A stretch of DNA of 64,000 nt from Methanobacteriota archaeon (GCA_038104845.1 JAYOBJ010000005.1:8809-72808), one strand, 5' to 3'; counted from the stretch's first letter, positions 26,130 to 37,731 are shown. Notes: generated by a model from the letters alone, not told the origin. Program-made: numbers and translations.

Positions 26130-27092
26130 TCAACGGTCAAGCACGTAACCGAAGAGCAAGGGCATCACGACGGTGGCATCGCTGTGAATGTTGAACCGTG
26201 GCGTATCGATGCTCAACTTCCCCCACGAAATTTTCTCGTTCGGGGGTGCACCCGAATACCCCCCGTACGAGGCCGTGGCGTCCGTCACCTGAGCGAACCA
26301 CGACCACAATGGGGCATCGACCTGCAGGTCCTGGTTCAGCAGCGGAACGACACAAATGGGAAAATCCCCTGCGATGCCGCCACCCACCTGAAGGAACGCC
26401 AGGGGGTGGTGGTTGCGTTGGTAAAAATCCACGAGGTGATGCATGTAGTGCACCCCGCCCAACACGGCGTCGGTGTTCACTTCGCCTTCCAAGGACCGGG
26501 CGGCGAAGATGTTGCCCAGCGTGGAGTCCTCCCAGCCTGGCACGTACAGCGGAAGGTCCAGTTCTGCTGCGGCGAGCAGCCACGAATCGGCCGGTTTGGC
26601 TTGGTAAACATCGTCCAAGTCCCCCGACAACACCAAGTCGTAGAGGAAGCGGTGAGGGAGTTGAGGCTCGGGTGCAGCCTGCCAACGGGCCATCAGGTGG
26701 TGCTCAACGGCTCGGATGGCCTCCTCCTCGGGAATGCAGGTGTCCGTGACGCGGTTCAAATGGCGTTCAAGCAATCCTTGGTCATCGGCAGGTGCGAGGT
26801 CTTCGTGGGAATGGATGCGCACGTAGTGATTGTGGGCCACCAGGTTGAACAGGTCCTCCTCGAGGTTCGCACCCGTGCAACTGATGGCGGCGACGTGCCC
26901 CGCCCGGATCATCGGCGCCAGGCTTCGGCCCAATTCAGCCGTGCTCATGGCCCCAGCGAGGGTGAGAAACACCTTTCCGCCCGCATCGATGAACTCCGTG
27001 AGCGAACGGGCAGCACGCTGCAACGTCCCGGCGTTGAAGTGACGGTAATGTTCGTCCACAAAGGCTCGAACACTCACGGCATCACCCCGCAT
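26130..27092 (-). CDS. dys: Deoxyhypusine synthase
   Basis: FLTLAGAMSTAELG, ISCTGANLEEDLFN and the C-terminal EKISWGKLS (active-site Lys region). Its start overlaps the upstream gene end by 11 nt. Confidence 0.85.
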   Translation of the reverse strand: MRGDAVSVRAFVDEHYRHFNAGTLQRAARSLTEFIDAGGKVFLTLAGAMSTAELGRSLAPMIRAGHVAAISCTGANLEEDLFNLVAHNHYVRIHSHEDLAPADDQGLLERHLNRVTDTCIPEEEAIRAVEHHLMARWQAAPEPQLPHRFLYDLVLSGDLDDVYQAKPADSWLLAAAELDLPLYVPGWEDSTLGNIFAARSLEGEVNTDAVLGGVHYMHHLVDFYQRNHHPLAFLQVGGGIAGDFPICVVPLLNQDLQVDAPLWSWFAQVTDATASYGGYSGAPPNEKISWGKLSIDTPRFNIHSDATVVMPLLFGYVLDR

Positions 27093-27477
27093 GCAAAAAT
27101 CGGTTCACGCGCTCACGGCGCTCCAACACAAGTTCGGGAAAGGCCTTCGTCAGGGCAGCGTGCACATGGTCGGCGACGGCGTCGGGGTTGGTGGCACCGC
27201 AGGTGAAACAATCCAATGCCAGTAACCCTCGGTCGGCGTAGCTGTGAGCCGAAAGGTGACTTTCATCGATGAGCACCACGGCAGCGAACCCCGGCGGCGA
27301 CACCGTGCCGTCAAACGACTCAACATGAGCGTGCACTTCGCGAGCGGGTGTGGCAGCAACGGCCTCGCGCATGCGCTCGAGCATCCACGCACCATCGGTT
27401 TCATTTTGGAAAAACGCGCCCGTGTAGTCAAGGAAGACGTGGGCGCCTTGGGCTTTGATGCTCATCAAATCAACCAC
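27082..27477 (-). CDS. Pyruvoyl-dependent SpeD-family decarboxylase proenzyme (AdoMet decarboxylase or its arginine-decarboxylase paralogue)
   Basis: A 131-aa protein with the self-cleavage motif VLIDESHLSAHSYAD (E|S) and the DCFTCG motif typical of small archaeal/bacterial SpeD. Confidence 0.8.
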   Translation of the reverse strand: MVDLMSIKAQGAHVFLDYTGAFFQNETDGAWMLERMREAVAATPAREVHAHVESFDGTVSPPGFAAVVLIDESHLSAHSYADRGLLALDCFTCGATNPDAVADHVHAALTKAFPELVLERRERVNRFLHAG

Positions 27478-27501
27478 CTTGCGCTCGCCAAGTCATTTTA
27501 C

Positions 27502-28620
27502 CTAAGAACTTGCCGAAGTTTTGCCACCGAAGGTGGTTTGGAAAAAATGCCCTGGAGCAGGTTCTGAAACGTGTTGTGCATCGATTGGCGTCCAGCGACC
27601 TTCCCGTCGTGCCAAGACATGGTGAGCGAGAATCCGGGTGGCCAAGGAGGCAGCGGTGAACTGCGTGAGGGGGCTATCGGTCTGAACGGCGATTTCGTTG
27701 ACGTCTGCGCTGATCACCACCGCCTTGGGGTTGGCGAACAGCACCTCAATCGTCTCAACGACCTGCCAGAACGACAGCCCTCCGGGGACGGGGGTGCCGG
27801 TGGCGGGCACCAACGTGCCGTCCAACCCATCAATGTCCAGCGTCAAGTGAACGGGTCCTTCGACCGAACGAAGTTCATCCAGCCACGCCGACCACGCCGC
27901 AGCACCATGGTGGGGATGCTGAGTGGATTTGGCCAGGAACGAGGTGATGCGCTCGTCAGCCTTCATCCGCTCAGCCTCCTCTTTGGCGTACGCACGAATG
28001 CCCGCTTGCAACAATCGGCCCGCCCCCACGTCAAGAGCTCGAGCAGCCGCACAGGCGTGGGAGAACGGTTCGCCATCGAGGGACGACCGGAGGTCGGCGT
28101 GCGCGTCGAGCTGCACCAGCGTGAGTTGGCTGAGGTCGCCATTGACCCGTGGATGGTCCCGAGCAGCGTGCACCAGCGGTGGCAGAATCCCGTGTTCACC
28201 GCCCAAAAAAAGGGGAAACACGTCACCTTTCATGAAGCCCCTGGCATGGTTGGCCATGTCGTCCAGTTGCGCCAGCAACGTTGGCATGGAACTCTCCCAC
28301 ACGGGGGCGGTGTGAAGGGACAACCCCGCAGGGAGGTCCTCGCCAAGTTCCGCATCGTACAGTTCGACCTGCCCGCTGGCTTCGATGCATGCTGCCGGAC
28401 CGTCGGCCGTGCCATGGCCGTAGGAGGTGGTGAGCTCATAGGCCAGAGGAACCACGATCATGTCCGGTGCATCGGCGGTTGGACCGACGCCCAGAAAGGC
28501 GCCTTCGGCGAAGGGCGGTTCCACAACCTCTGGTCGGACGCGCCCTTCTTCATTCTGCCGATGGGACGCTGCCCCTCCAACCGCTGCAAAAGGTGCGTGG
28601 GAGGAACTGGCGTAGAACAT
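27502..28620 (-). CDS. Agmatinase/ureohydrolase (arginase-fold) family protein
   Basis: Mn-binding motifs LFLGGEHGI, LVQLDAHADLR and HLTLDIDGLD. It lies immediately upstream of the SpeD-like and DHS genes. Confidence 0.8.
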   Translation of the reverse strand: MFYASSSHAPFAAVGGAASHRQNEEGRVRPEVVEPPFAEGAFLGVGPTADAPDMIVVPLAYELTTSYGHGTADGPAACIEASGQVELYDAELGEDLPAGLSLHTAPVWESSMPTLLAQLDDMANHARGFMKGDVFPLFLGGEHGILPPLVHAARDHPRVNGDLSQLTLVQLDAHADLRSSLDGEPFSHACAAARALDVGAGRLLQAGIRAYAKEEAERMKADERITSFLAKSTQHPHHGAAAWSAWLDELRSVEGPVHLTLDIDGLDGTLVPATGTPVPGGLSFWQVVETIEVLFANPKAVVISADVNEIAVQTDSPLTQFTAASLATRILAHHVLARREGRWTPIDAQHVSEPAPGHFFQTTFGGKTSASS

Positions 28621-28698
28621 TTAATATGGGTCGGTGACCAATATAATACAGCAACAGCGACGCAAAAGTGGCCGCTGGGGCGTTTTCGAGGCGATGGT

Positions 28699-29118
28699 AT
28701 GGGAATGACATTGGGGGAATTGACGCGTGCCATTCAGCAGCACATCGACCTGGACATGGACACTGAAGTGGCGCAAGGCATGGCCGAACATGCCCTCGGG
28801 TTTTTCGGATTTTACAACCGCATCATCGACAACGCCCTTGAACCAACCGACCGTAACTTGTTCTACATGTTCCAGGATTACGACCTGTTGACCACAGAAT
28901 CAGAGGAAACCACGCTCTGGGACGGACGTGAATGGCGCATTCACTACTGGAAGTTCAAACCCGACCTTCGGGAGCGTGTTGAAGCCTACATGCAACGCAA
29001 CCTTCAGGAGGAAGATGTCGATCCGTTCGCCGACATCTACAGCAGCGACGGTGCAGGCATCTGGGTTCGCGAAGACGAGAAGGTCACCAACCCCAACGCC
29101 TTCACGTCCGATTGGTGA
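28699..29118 (+). CDS. Hypothetical small acidic protein
   Basis: This is the in-frame tail of a 515-aa track ORF whose first ~375 aa are antisense to agmatinase. The ATG at 28699 (MGMTLGELTRAIQQH...) gives 139 aa of normal composition. No family recognised. It ends ...NAFTSDW. Confidence 0.5.
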   Translation: MGMTLGELTRAIQQHIDLDMDTEVAQGMAEHALGFFGFYNRIIDNALEPTDRNLFYMFQDYDLLTTESEETTLWDGREWRIHYWKFKPDLRERVEAYMQRNLQEEDVDPFADIYSSDGAGIWVREDEKVTNPNAFTSDW

Positions 29119-29167
29119 GTCGACTCGGTAAGCAAGCGTTTTTGATTCGCTTCACCCACGCCCAGCC

Positions 29168-30538
29168 ATGCGAACAGCCGTGGGTTTGGTGGTTTGCCTG
29201 CTCCTTGCAGGCTTGCCCACGGCCGCTGCACAATACGACCCAGCCCGCACCCATGCTTGGCCGGGGGAACCCATCGACAACCACGTTCACCTCACCTGGG
29301 CGTCGCTGACGCTCGACGTCAACAACTGGGCGGAAGACCACCCCGATGTGGTCAGCCTCACCAGTGCAGGCACCTCCGAACTCGGGAAGACGCTCTGGGT
29401 GGTTCGCCTCTCGGACTGGTCCATGGAAACCAAACCCAACGGCAGCGCCAAGGAAATCGTCTACATCGACGGCGGCCACCACGGCAACGAATACCTCGGT
29501 ACGGCGCTGGCCTACTTGACGGCGAAGACCTACATCAACGGCTGGAACGCCGGCGACGCCGCCATCGTGGAGACGCTTCAGAACACGGAGCTCCACATTC
29601 TCATCATGCTCAACCCTGACGGCAACGACATCGACACCCGTTGGAACATCAACCAGGTTGACCTAAACCGAAACTACGACCATTATTGGAACACGTGCCC
29701 CACCACACAACCCGGCAGCAGTGCCTTCAGCGAATCCGAAACGGCCTCCAATTCAGCCTACATGAACACCCACGTGACGGACGCTGACCTGTACGTCACC
29801 ATGCACACTGGCGTCTGGATCATGCTTTACCCTTGGGGCAAATGGCCCGAACAACCGCCCGATTGGGAGCTGTTCCATTTCATTCGCGATGACGTCCACG
29901 AGCAGGTGTCGCCCATTCCCATTCAGAACGCCAACCAAGGCCTGTACCCCAACTGCGGCACCAGCCGTGACTACGGGTATGGGGTCATGGGTTTCCCCAC
30001 GTTCACCTTTGAAACCGACGATGAGCAATTTGTTCCCGGGTCGTTTGAAGCCCTTGAGGACCGCCTTGGCGAAGAAATGGACGTGATGCACCACCTCATT
30101 GAAAACGTCTGGTACTGGCGAGCCCGGTTGTCCGTCGAGACCTTGGAGGTGAGCGATGACCGGGTTTCGCTCACCGTCCACAACCTCGGTCACGCCAGCA
30201 CCGCCAACGCCACGCTTCAGCACCTCGATGAGGAAGGCAACGTACGCTGGACATCCCCCCTGTTCAACGTGAACGCGACGAACACCACGGCGTTGAGCTT
30301 CGATGCCAACCCAACATGGTTGGACACGGAGGGTACGTGGAATTTGAACTACCAGAAGCGCGTGATCAACGCCGCCACATGGGTGAACGAAACCGTCGAC
30401 GACGACCGGGTGGTGCTGGTCGAAGCGGAGGAACCCGGTTTGCTGTTGGGGACCGGCTTGTTCCACCCCTTCACAACGCTGATCGGTTTTGTCCTCATCG
30501 GATGGGGCCGAGGGCGTCGCGAAGAGGGCATCGTGTGA
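29168..30538 (+). CDS. Secreted M14 zinc carboxypeptidase with C-terminal membrane anchor
   Basis: Signal peptide MRTAVGLVVCLLLAGLPTAAA, Zn motif GGHHGNEYLG, then NPDGNDID, DLNRNY and TMHTG. The C-terminal hydrophobic helix is FTTLIGFVLIGW. Confidence 0.85.
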   Translation: MRTAVGLVVCLLLAGLPTAAAQYDPARTHAWPGEPIDNHVHLTWASLTLDVNNWAEDHPDVVSLTSAGTSELGKTLWVVRLSDWSMETKPNGSAKEIVYIDGGHHGNEYLGTALAYLTAKTYINGWNAGDAAIVETLQNTELHILIMLNPDGNDIDTRWNINQVDLNRNYDHYWNTCPTTQPGSSAFSESETASNSAYMNTHVTDADLYVTMHTGVWIMLYPWGKWPEQPPDWELFHFIRDDVHEQVSPIPIQNANQGLYPNCGTSRDYGYGVMGFPTFTFETDDEQFVPGSFEALEDRLGEEMDVMHHLIENVWYWRARLSVETLEVSDDRVSLTVHNLGHASTANATLQHLDEEGNVRWTSPLFNVNATNTTALSFDANPTWLDTEGTWNLNYQKRVINAATWVNETVDDDRVVLVEAEEPGLLLGTGLFHPFTTLIGFVLIGWGRGRREEGIV

Positions 30539-30619
30539 ACGGATGGAACGCGTCCTACCGTTGAACATTCAGCGGACGAGGTTTGAAGAACACCGCCGCA
30601 TTCGGTGGCGTTGAGTCAC

Positions 30620-32113
30620 ATGCAAGTCACGGTCAGTTCAGGAAACAACATCTACGGCACCCTTGTGTTGCCCATCTTCGAAGGTACGGACACCATCGGT
30701 GCCACCAACGAGGGCATCCCCAATTCGCTCAATGCACAAATCAACCGTGTGCTTTCGGAAGGGGACTTCAAGGGCAAAGCCAACAGCACGATGACCTTGC
30801 TCGGGACGGACGGCGGCAAAGCCATGCTCGTCGGTTTGGGTAAGGAAGCCGATGCCACCGTCCACACCTACCGCGATGCTGGCGCCTCCGCCGTGGCCGC
30901 TCGAAAGAAGGTTCACGGGTCTGAATTCACCGTGAATATCTCCACCAAGGACACCGCAGCCATCGCTGCCTTCGCCGAGGGCATGATGCTTCGCGACTAC
31001 GACTACGACGAGTACAAAAGCAAGGACGACGACGACGATGATGCCGACCTGTCCACCCGCATCAACTGCAACGAATCCGATGTGGAAACCTTGGGAGCCG
31101 CTGTCGAGCGAGCCGCTGCCATTGCGGGCGGCGTTCACCTGTCCCGCGACTTGGGCAACTGCCCACCCAACGACATGTACCCGATGGCCTTCGCTGAGAA
31201 AGCCGAGGCATGGGCCAAGCAGTACAGCAACGTGACGGTTGAAGTCATCGAGTACGAAGCAGCCAAGCGACTTGGCATGGGCGGCCTCGTGGCCGTTGGT
31301 ATGGGGTCGGCCCGAAAACCGTGCATGGTGATCTTCACCCTCAACGGCGACCAAAGCGGCCCGCACCCCGTCCTCGTGGGCAAGGGCATCACCTTTGACA
31401 CCGGTGGCATTTCCATCAAGCCCAGCCCCAGCATGGACGAAATGAAGTACGACATGGGCGGGTCGGCCACGGTGTTCGGCACCATGGAAGCCCTCGCTGC
31501 CATCGGCTACGACAAGAAGGTCGTCGGCATCACCTGCATGGCTGAAAACATGCCTTCCTCCAACGCCCAGCGACCCGGAGACGTCATCACCACTCTGTCT
31601 GGCAAGACCATCGAGGTGCTGAACACCGACGCTGAAGGGCGGCTGGTGCTTTCGGACGGATTGTGGAAGGCCGGCACGGACTTTGACGCTGAATACATCG
31701 TGGACTTTGCCACCCTCACCGGTGCGTGCGTCGTGGCCCTGGGCCACGAAGCCACCGGCCTGTGGTCCAACGACGACGATTTCCGCACCCGCATCCACGA
31801 TGCAGGCAACGACGTCGGTGAATTGGCTTGGCCCATGCCGCTGCTTCCCGCCTTTGAGAAGGAAATGACGGATTCCAAGATCGCCGACACCCGAAACCTT
31901 GGTGCTGGTCGATGGGGCGGTGCCAACACCGCTGCTGCCTTCCTCAAGCAGTTCGTTCCAGAAAAAGGCGAAGGCGACGACGCCAAGCAGGTGACCTGGG
32001 CCCACATGGACATCGCCGGCACCTACTGGGGTGCCAAGACCAACAAGACCGTTGGCAACGGAGCGACCGGCGTTCACGTTCGCACCATGGTTCGCCTGAT
32101 CACCGGCGAGTGA
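30620..32113 (+). CDS. pepA: Leucyl aminopeptidase (M17)
   Basis: VGKGITFDTGGISIKPS, MKYDMGGSA and NTDAEGRLVLSD. The track ORF starts at GTG 30605. The ATG at 30620 (MQVTVSSG) is preferred. Confidence 0.9.
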   Translation: MQVTVSSGNNIYGTLVLPIFEGTDTIGATNEGIPNSLNAQINRVLSEGDFKGKANSTMTLLGTDGGKAMLVGLGKEADATVHTYRDAGASAVAARKKVHGSEFTVNISTKDTAAIAAFAEGMMLRDYDYDEYKSKDDDDDDADLSTRINCNESDVETLGAAVERAAAIAGGVHLSRDLGNCPPNDMYPMAFAEKAEAWAKQYSNVTVEVIEYEAAKRLGMGGLVAVGMGSARKPCMVIFTLNGDQSGPHPVLVGKGITFDTGGISIKPSPSMDEMKYDMGGSATVFGTMEALAAIGYDKKVVGITCMAENMPSSNAQRPGDVITTLSGKTIEVLNTDAEGRLVLSDGLWKAGTDFDAEYIVDFATLTGACVVALGHEATGLWSNDDDFRTRIHDAGNDVGELAWPMPLLPAFEKEMTDSKIADTRNLGAGRWGGANTAAAFLKQFVPEKGEGDDAKQVTWAHMDIAGTYWGAKTNKTVGNGATGVHVRTMVRLITGE

Positions 32114-32204
32114 AACCAAACGCAACGGTGGCCAAGACCCTGTTGGGGCACTCAGTCCACCCAGCCTCGCGCCCAGCGCTGAATCCTGGGGTTGGGGGGC
32201 CACA

Positions 32205-35200
32205 TCAGTTGGGGTCGTAATCGATGACCGACGCCAGCCAGTACTCCACTTCACGCCGAGCACATCCTCGACGCTGCGCAAGGTCCATCACTTGACCCTC
32301 GTCCACGCGATTGACCGCGAAGTAGGTGGCTTCAGGGTGAGCGAAGTACATGCCTGAAACACTGGCAGCAGGACGGGTGGCGCAGGATTCGGTCAACTCG
32401 AACCCGTGTTCTTCAGCCCCCAGCAAATCAAACAACGCTCGCTTGTCGCTGTGGTCAGGGCAAGCGGGATAACCGAACGCAGGACGGATGGAACGGTAAT
32501 CGGCGTTCATCAGGCGCTGGTGGGTCATCGTATCGTCATCGGGGAAGCCCCACATCTCACGGATGCGTTGATGCAGCGCTTCGGCAGAAGCTTCCGCAAG
32601 TCGGTCGGCGATGGCTTTGACCATGATGGCGTTGTAATCGTCGTGGTCGGCTTCGTAGCGTTCAGCCAGGGCCTCTGCACCGTGAACCGCCACGGCGAAG
32701 GTGCCAACGTGATCGCTGTGTTCGTGGTCTTCGGGAGCGATGAAGTCGGCCAAACAGCGGTTGTGAACACCGGCATCGCGCTGCTGCCGGAGGAAACAGA
32801 ACGTGTGTTCCCGTTCCCCGGTGACGATGAGGTCCTCGCCTCGGGACCGTGCCGGCCAAAATCCAGCGATGGCCTTGATGCGCAAGTCTCCCGAGGCGAT
32901 GATCTCGTTGAGCATCCGTTGACCGTTCTCAAAGACATCCCGAGCGGCTTCACCTTTCTCTGGGTGTTCGAGGATGCTGGGGTAGGTGCCCTTCATGTCC
33001 CACGCCGTGAAGAAGAAATTCCAATCGATGAACGGCACGAGCTCCTCAAGGTCCAACGCGAACGCCCGTACACCCAAAAACGGTGGAGCGGGCGATGTGG
33101 TGGCGTCAAACATCAGCTGGGGTTGCTTCCCTCTCGCCTTCTCCAGCGTGAGCAGGGGCTGGGCCATTTTCCGCTCAAACAGCGCCGTCAGTCGCCGGTG
33201 TTCCTCCTGCAAGTTTGCCCTGAACACCGTGCGTCGCTCATCGTCCAACAGGGCGTTCAAAACCCCAGAAACCAGCGACGCATCCTTCACGTGAACCACC
33301 TCAGAGGCGTATGCGGGAGCGATGCGGACCGCTGTGTGTTGACGCGAGGTCGTGGCCCCGCCGATGAGCAGCGGCATCGCCATCTCGCGCCGTTCCATCT
33401 CCCTGGCCACGCCGATCATTTCATCCAGGGACGGGGTGATCAACCCGGAAAGACCCACAATGTCAGCGTCCACGGCTTGGGCTTTGTCCAAGATGGTTGA
33501 CATCGGCACCATCACCCCGAGGTCGTGAACGGCGTAGTTGTTGCACTGGAGCACGATGCTCACGATGTTTTTCCCAATGTCGTGGACGTCGCCTTTCACG
33601 GTCGCCAAGACGACCGTGCCTCGTGTCTTCTTTTCCGAAGCCCCATCGTGCATGTAGGGTTCGAGCCATGCCACGGCTTTTTTCATCACACGGGCACTCT
33701 TCACCACCTGGGGAAGGAACATTTTGCCGGAGCCAAACAGGTCCCCCACCACGTTCATGCCGTCCATCAGCGGGCCCTCAATGATGGACAGCGCGTCGCC
33801 GTTCAAGGCGAACGCGGCTTCGACATCGGCCTCGATGTGCTCCGTGATGCCGTGGACCAAGGCATGCCCCAACCGTTCGTGAACGGTGAGGTCGCGCCAA
33901 GCTTCCGATTCCACGACGGCGGTGGCGTTCGTGGCGAAGTTCGCTGCGTTGGCCACCAGACGTTCGGTGGCGTCCGAACGACGGTCGAAAAGAACGTCTT
34001 CCACCAAGGTGAGCAGCGCGGCGTCGATGTCCCGGTAGAGCGTCAAGTGGGAGGGGTTTACGATGCCCATGGTCAGGCCGGCTTTGATGGCGTGATGGAG
34101 GAACGAAGCGTGCATGGCTTGTCGGACGGGGTCGTTCCCTCGGAAGGAAAAGGATAGGTTGCTGATGCCACCGCTGACCATCGTGGTTGGGCACGCGGCT
34201 CGAATTCGGCGGGTGGCCTCGATGAAGTTGATGGCGAACGCGTTGTGTTCCTCCATCCCGGTGGCCACGGCAAGCACGTTGGGGTCGTGCACGATGTCCG
34301 ATGGGTCGAAACCCACCACGTCCACGAGAAGGTGTTGAGCGCGAAGGGCGATCTCGACCTTCCGTTCAACCGTTTCGGCTTGGCCTTGCTCATCGAAGCC
34401 CATGACAATCACGGCGGCCCCGTGGCGGTGAATCGCCTTCGCCTGCTCGATGAACACGGCTTCACCTTCTTTGAGGGAGATGGAATTGACCACGGGTTTG
34501 CCCTGAATGCACTTCAGACCCGCCTCCAGCACGCTCCACTTTGACGAATCGATCATGATCGGGACCGAGGCGATCTCGGGTTCCGTGGCCACGATGTTGA
34601 GGAAGTTGGTCATCACTGCCTCGCTGTCGATGAGGCCTTCATCCATGTTGACATCAATGAGGTTGGCGCCGTTGCGAACCTGTTCGCGGGCCACATCCAC
34701 CGCGCCTTCGAGATCGTTGGCGGCGATCAGGCGACGGAATTTGGCCGACCCCGTCACATTGGTGCGCTCCCCCACCATGACCAAGTTGGATGAAGGGAGA
34801 ACGGTGAACGCATCCAGCCCCGCATAGGTCGTCGTTCTCGGCACCTCGTCCGGAACCCGTGGCTCCATGCCCTCCACAGCGCTTCGAATCGCAGCGATGT
34901 GCTCGGGCGTGGTGCCGCAACACCCACCGACGAGGTTCAACAAGCCGTCACGCACCAAAGCGGCGACATGAGCGGCGGTGATGGCAGGTGTTTCGTCAAA
35001 GCCCGAGGGGGAGAGCGGGTTGGGCAGCCCTGCGTTGGGGTACAGATGGGTCTTGATGTCCGAAATCGAGGCGAGCGTGGTCAATTTGCTTCGCAATCCG
35101 GTCGCTCCAAGACCGCAGTTCAATCCCACGCTGAACGGTTTGGCGTGCCGAACGGAGGCCCAAAACGCCTCCACGCTTTGACCGAACACGGTCCGGTCGC

Positions 35201-35876
35201 CCTCCTCTTGGATGAACGTCACGGAAATCATGATCGGCAACGTCACATCCAGTTGGTCAAACGCATCCAACGTGGCTTTGATGGCAGCCTTTGCATTGAG
35301 CACATCGAAGATGGTCTCGATGAGCACGATGTCGCACCCTCCTTCAATCAACGCCAACACCTGTTCAAGATAGGCCCCGTAGACCTCATCCCAAGATGCA
35401 TCCCGGGCCGATGGGTCATCGACGTTGGACGAGGCGGAGAGGGTGACGTTGGTCGGGCCCACAGCGCCCGCCACCCAAGCCGGTTGACCGGTGGACCGAC
35501 GGTGAGCGTCGACGGCCTCCCGGGCCAGTCGGGCCGATGCAAGGTTCATCTCGCGGGCACGGTGGCTCAAGCCGTACTCCGCTTGGGCGATGGCGGTGGC
35601 GCCGAAGGTGTTGGTTTCCACAATGTCCGCACCCGCTGCGAGGTACTGGGCGTGGATGTCGCGGATGACATCTGGACGGGAGAGGGAAAGCATCTCGTTG
35701 TTGCCTTTGAGGTCGGTTGGGTGGTCGCTGAGCGCCGCATCTCTGAAGTCCGATTCGTCCAACCCGACGTGTTGAATCATGGTGCCCATGGCCCCGTCGA
35801 TGATGACGATGCGTTGGTCCGCTAACGCCATCAAGTCGGTGACCGTGTCCATGCCCTCATCCTCGCATGCGGCCAA
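32205..35876 (-). CDS. metH: Cobalamin-dependent methionine synthase MetH (full four-module enzyme)
   Basis: 1223 aa. It has an Hcy-binding domain ([11 protein letters not shown]), a pterin-binding domain, a B12-binding DxHxxG motif ([11 protein letters not shown]) and a C-terminal AdoMet-activation domain ([12 protein letters not shown]). Confidence 0.95.
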   Translation of the reverse strand: MAACEDEGMDTVTDLMALADQRIVIIDGAMGTMIQHVGLDESDFRDAALSDHPTDLKGNNEMLSLSRPDVIRDIHAQYLAAGADIVETNTFGATAIAQAEYGLSHRAREMNLASARLAREAVDAHRRSTGQPAWVAGAVGPTNVTLSASSNVDDPSARDASWDEVYGAYLEQVLALIEGGCDIVLIETIFDVLNAKAAIKATLDAFDQLDVTLPIMISVTFIQEEGDRTVFGQSVEAFWASVRHAKPFSVGLNCGLGATGLRSKLTTLASISDIKTHLYPNAGLPNPLSPSGFDETPAITAAHVAALVRDGLLNLVGGCCGTTPEHIAAIRSAVEGMEPRVPDEVPRTTTYAGLDAFTVLPSSNLVMVGERTNVTGSAKFRRLIAANDLEGAVDVAREQVRNGANLIDVNMDEGLIDSEAVMTNFLNIVATEPEIASVPIMIDSSKWSVLEAGLKCIQGKPVVNSISLKEGEAVFIEQAKAIHRHGAAVIVMGFDEQGQAETVERKVEIALRAQHLLVDVVGFDPSDIVHDPNVLAVATGMEEHNAFAINFIEATRRIRAACPTTMVSGGISNLSFSFRGNDPVRQAMHASFLHHAIKAGLTMGIVNPSHLTLYRDIDAALLTLVEDVLFDRRSDATERLVANAANFATNATAVVESEAWRDLTVHERLGHALVHGITEHIEADVEAAFALNGDALSIIEGPLMDGMNVVGDLFGSGKMFLPQVVKSARVMKKAVAWLEPYMHDGASEKKTRGTVVLATVKGDVHDIGKNIVSIVLQCNNYAVHDLGVMVPMSTILDKAQAVDADIVGLSGLITPSLDEMIGVAREMERREMAMPLLIGGATTSRQHTAVRIAPAYASEVVHVKDASLVSGVLNALLDDERRTVFRANLQEEHRRLTALFERKMAQPLLTLEKARGKQPQLMFDATTSPAPPFLGVRAFALDLEELVPFIDWNFFFTAWDMKGTYPSILEHPEKGEAARDVFENGQRMLNEIIASGDLRIKAIAGFWPARSRGEDLIVTGEREHTFCFLRQQRDAGVHNRCLADFIAPEDHEHSDHVGTFAVAVHGAEALAERYEADHDDYNAIMVKAIADRLAEASAEALHQRIREMWGFPDDDTMTHQRLMNADYRSIRPAFGYPACPDHSDKRALFDLLGAEEHGFELTESCATRPAASVSGMYFAHPEATYFAVNRVDEGQVMDLAQRRGCARREVEYWLASVIDYDPN

Positions 35877-36810
35877 TCAGCCGGTTGAACACCCGGCTGT
35901 TGTTCATGGTGAAGAAATGAACACCGGGCACACCGTAAGCCAGCAATGCTCGGGTTTGGGCTTCAGCGTGGTTCAACCCAACCTCCACCACTTCTTCGTC
36001 GCTCGAGCACGCCTCAACGGCCTTGACCAAGGCACCCGGCATCACCGTGTGAAAGATGGCAGGGAGGACCTCGAGCTGCCGTTTGGACGTCAGAACCTTG
36101 ATCCCTGGAACGATGGGAACGTCGATGCCCGCACTTCGGCAGGCGTCAACGAACCGGAAGAAGGCGGTGTTGTCGAAGAACATCTGGGTGATGATGAACG
36201 ATGCGCCGGCGTCAACCTTACGTTTGAGGTTAGCCACGTCGCTGGCCAAGTCGGTCGCCTCGGCATGGACCTCGGGATACCCCGCCACACCGATGTGAAA
36301 ATCGGTGGGCCGAGAATCGTTCACGCCTTCCAAATACTCGCCGCGGTTCAGACGAACGATGTGCTCAACGAGTTGATTGGCATGTGCGTATCCTTGGGGG
36401 TGCGCAACGAACTGGGTGTCGTTTTTGTCTGCGTCACCTCGGAGGGCGAGCACGTGCTTGAGGCCCAAGTAATCGAGATCGACCAAGTAATCCTCCGAAT
36501 CGAATTTGGAAAAACCGCCACAGATGACGTGGGGGACAACGTTGAGCCCGTATCGAAACTTGAGCATAGCGCAGACCCCGAGCGTGCCCGGGTTCTTGCG
36601 GTTCCACACCCATTCACGTCCGTCCTCACCCTCGATTTCAACCCGATGTGCACGGTGGTACGTCACGCTCACAAACGCCGGTTTCCAGCCGTCCAAGGCA
36701 TCGAAGAACTCGTGGATGTTGCGCAGACCAAGGCCTCGGTTGGGCGGCAGGATCTCCACGGAAAACGGCAAGCCTGCTTCGCAGGCGTTGAACATCTCCA
36801 CGAGGTCCAT
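35857..36810 (-). CDS. metF: 5,10-methylenetetrahydrofolate reductase
   Basis: [11 protein letters not shown]...PAFVSVTYH and the C-terminal [11 protein letters not shown]. Its 3' end overlaps the metH start by 20 nt. Confidence 0.85.
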   Translation of the reverse strand: MDLVEMFNACEAGLPFSVEILPPNRGLGLRNIHEFFDALDGWKPAFVSVTYHRAHRVEIEGEDGREWVWNRKNPGTLGVCAMLKFRYGLNVVPHVICGGFSKFDSEDYLVDLDYLGLKHVLALRGDADKNDTQFVAHPQGYAHANQLVEHIVRLNRGEYLEGVNDSRPTDFHIGVAGYPEVHAEATDLASDVANLKRKVDAGASFIITQMFFDNTAFFRFVDACRSAGIDVPIVPGIKVLTSKRQLEVLPAIFHTVMPGALVKAVEACSSDEEVVEVGLNHAEAQTRALLAYGVPGVHFFTMNNSRVFNRLIGRMRG

Positions 36811-36967
36811 GGCCTCGCGAAGTCCGGGTCGTCTTTAAGCCTGTGACTCCGGGCAGGGGACCTCAACCGCTCCAAACGGCTGGTGGCCCATCGTTTGAAG
36901 CATCAGCCCATCTTCCAAAGGAATCAACGCCCACCCAATGGATTCGCTGCGGTCGTTTCAATGGGTT

Positions 36968-36995
36968 TATAGTGGGAGGCGTTGACGCCACTATA
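36968..36995. promoter_or_regulatory. Palindromic double TATA element upstream of the hsp20-like/dnaK/thermosome cluster
   Basis: TATAGTGG (36968-36975), a 12-nt spacer GAGGCGTTGACG, then CCACTATA (36988-36995), a perfect 8-bp inverted repeat. TTTATA on the plus strand sits 42-47 nt upstream of GTG 37013 (54-59 nt upstream of ATG 37025). Confidence 0.45.
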
Positions 36996-37012
36996 CAACT
37001 GATGGTTCAGTA

Positions 37013-37711
37013 GTGGTGAATGCGATGGACGACGATGCATGGGAAGACGACCTTCTGGACAAGTTGGAACAAGCCATGCGAAGCATGGGCATGCCCATCA
37101 CCCGGGACCAACTGCGCCCCTTCCTACGCATGATCAAAGACCAACTCGACAACTCCGGCATCGACCTGAACAAAATCGCCGGCATGCCCAACCTGAACCT
37201 GGATTTGGACAACTTGTTCAAGAGCCTGAGTTCGGGCGAATCCATCGAGGACGTTCTGAAGAATTTGGGTGTGGCCGTCCAAGTGGACATGGCGCCGGTG
37301 GACCTTGATGAATCGGCGCTCGAAACGGACGACGAGGAAACCATTTCCCTGCCGTCCGACGATGTCTACCTCGATGGTTGGAACATGGCGATCACCTTGG
37401 ATTTCGCCTTGAAGGGGGACATTCCCTCTGAACAACTCGAGATTGAACTGGTCAAGGAAGGATCGCAGGTTGAAATCATGCGAAGCACGCAACCCAAACC
37501 GCTCGCCTTGGTCGCTCTGCCCCATCCGTGCGAAGATGTGGTGGAATGGACGTTGAACAACGGCGTCCTTGACATCACCCTCAAGCTCACCCCCCAAGGC
37601 AAAGCACTCGAGATGGAGAACGACGATGTCCCTGCCACCGGGGACGTTCACATCGACGTGGCCAACAGCGACGACGATGATGAAGACGACGGTGGCATCC
37701 CCATTTTTTGA
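37013..37711 (+). CDS. Acidic Hsp20/alpha-crystallin-domain-like protein
   Basis: The C-terminal ~100 aa fit the ACD pattern ([36 protein letters not shown]...[24 protein letters not shown]). The N-terminal ~110 aa and the C-terminal tail are highly acidic. The start is GTG 37013 or ATG 37025. Confidence 0.55.
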   Translation: MVNAMDDDAWEDDLLDKLEQAMRSMGMPITRDQLRPFLRMIKDQLDNSGIDLNKIAGMPNLNLDLDNLFKSLSSGESIEDVLKNLGVAVQVDMAPVDLDESALETDDEETISLPSDDVYLDGWNMAITLDFALKGDIPSEQLEIELVKEGSQVEIMRSTQPKPLALVALPHPCEDVVEWTLNNGVLDITLKLTPQGKALEMENDDVPATGDVHIDVANSDDDDEDDGGIPIF

Positions 37712-37731
37712 ACAAAACAGGAAGTGAAACA

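Noticed and set aside
36811-36960. A search for a SAM, cobalamin or THF riboswitch upstream of the metF-metH operon.
   Set aside because: I could find no recognisable conserved riboswitch core (for example a B12 box) by eye, and such riboswitches are rare in archaea. This needs a covariance-model scan to exclude it formally.
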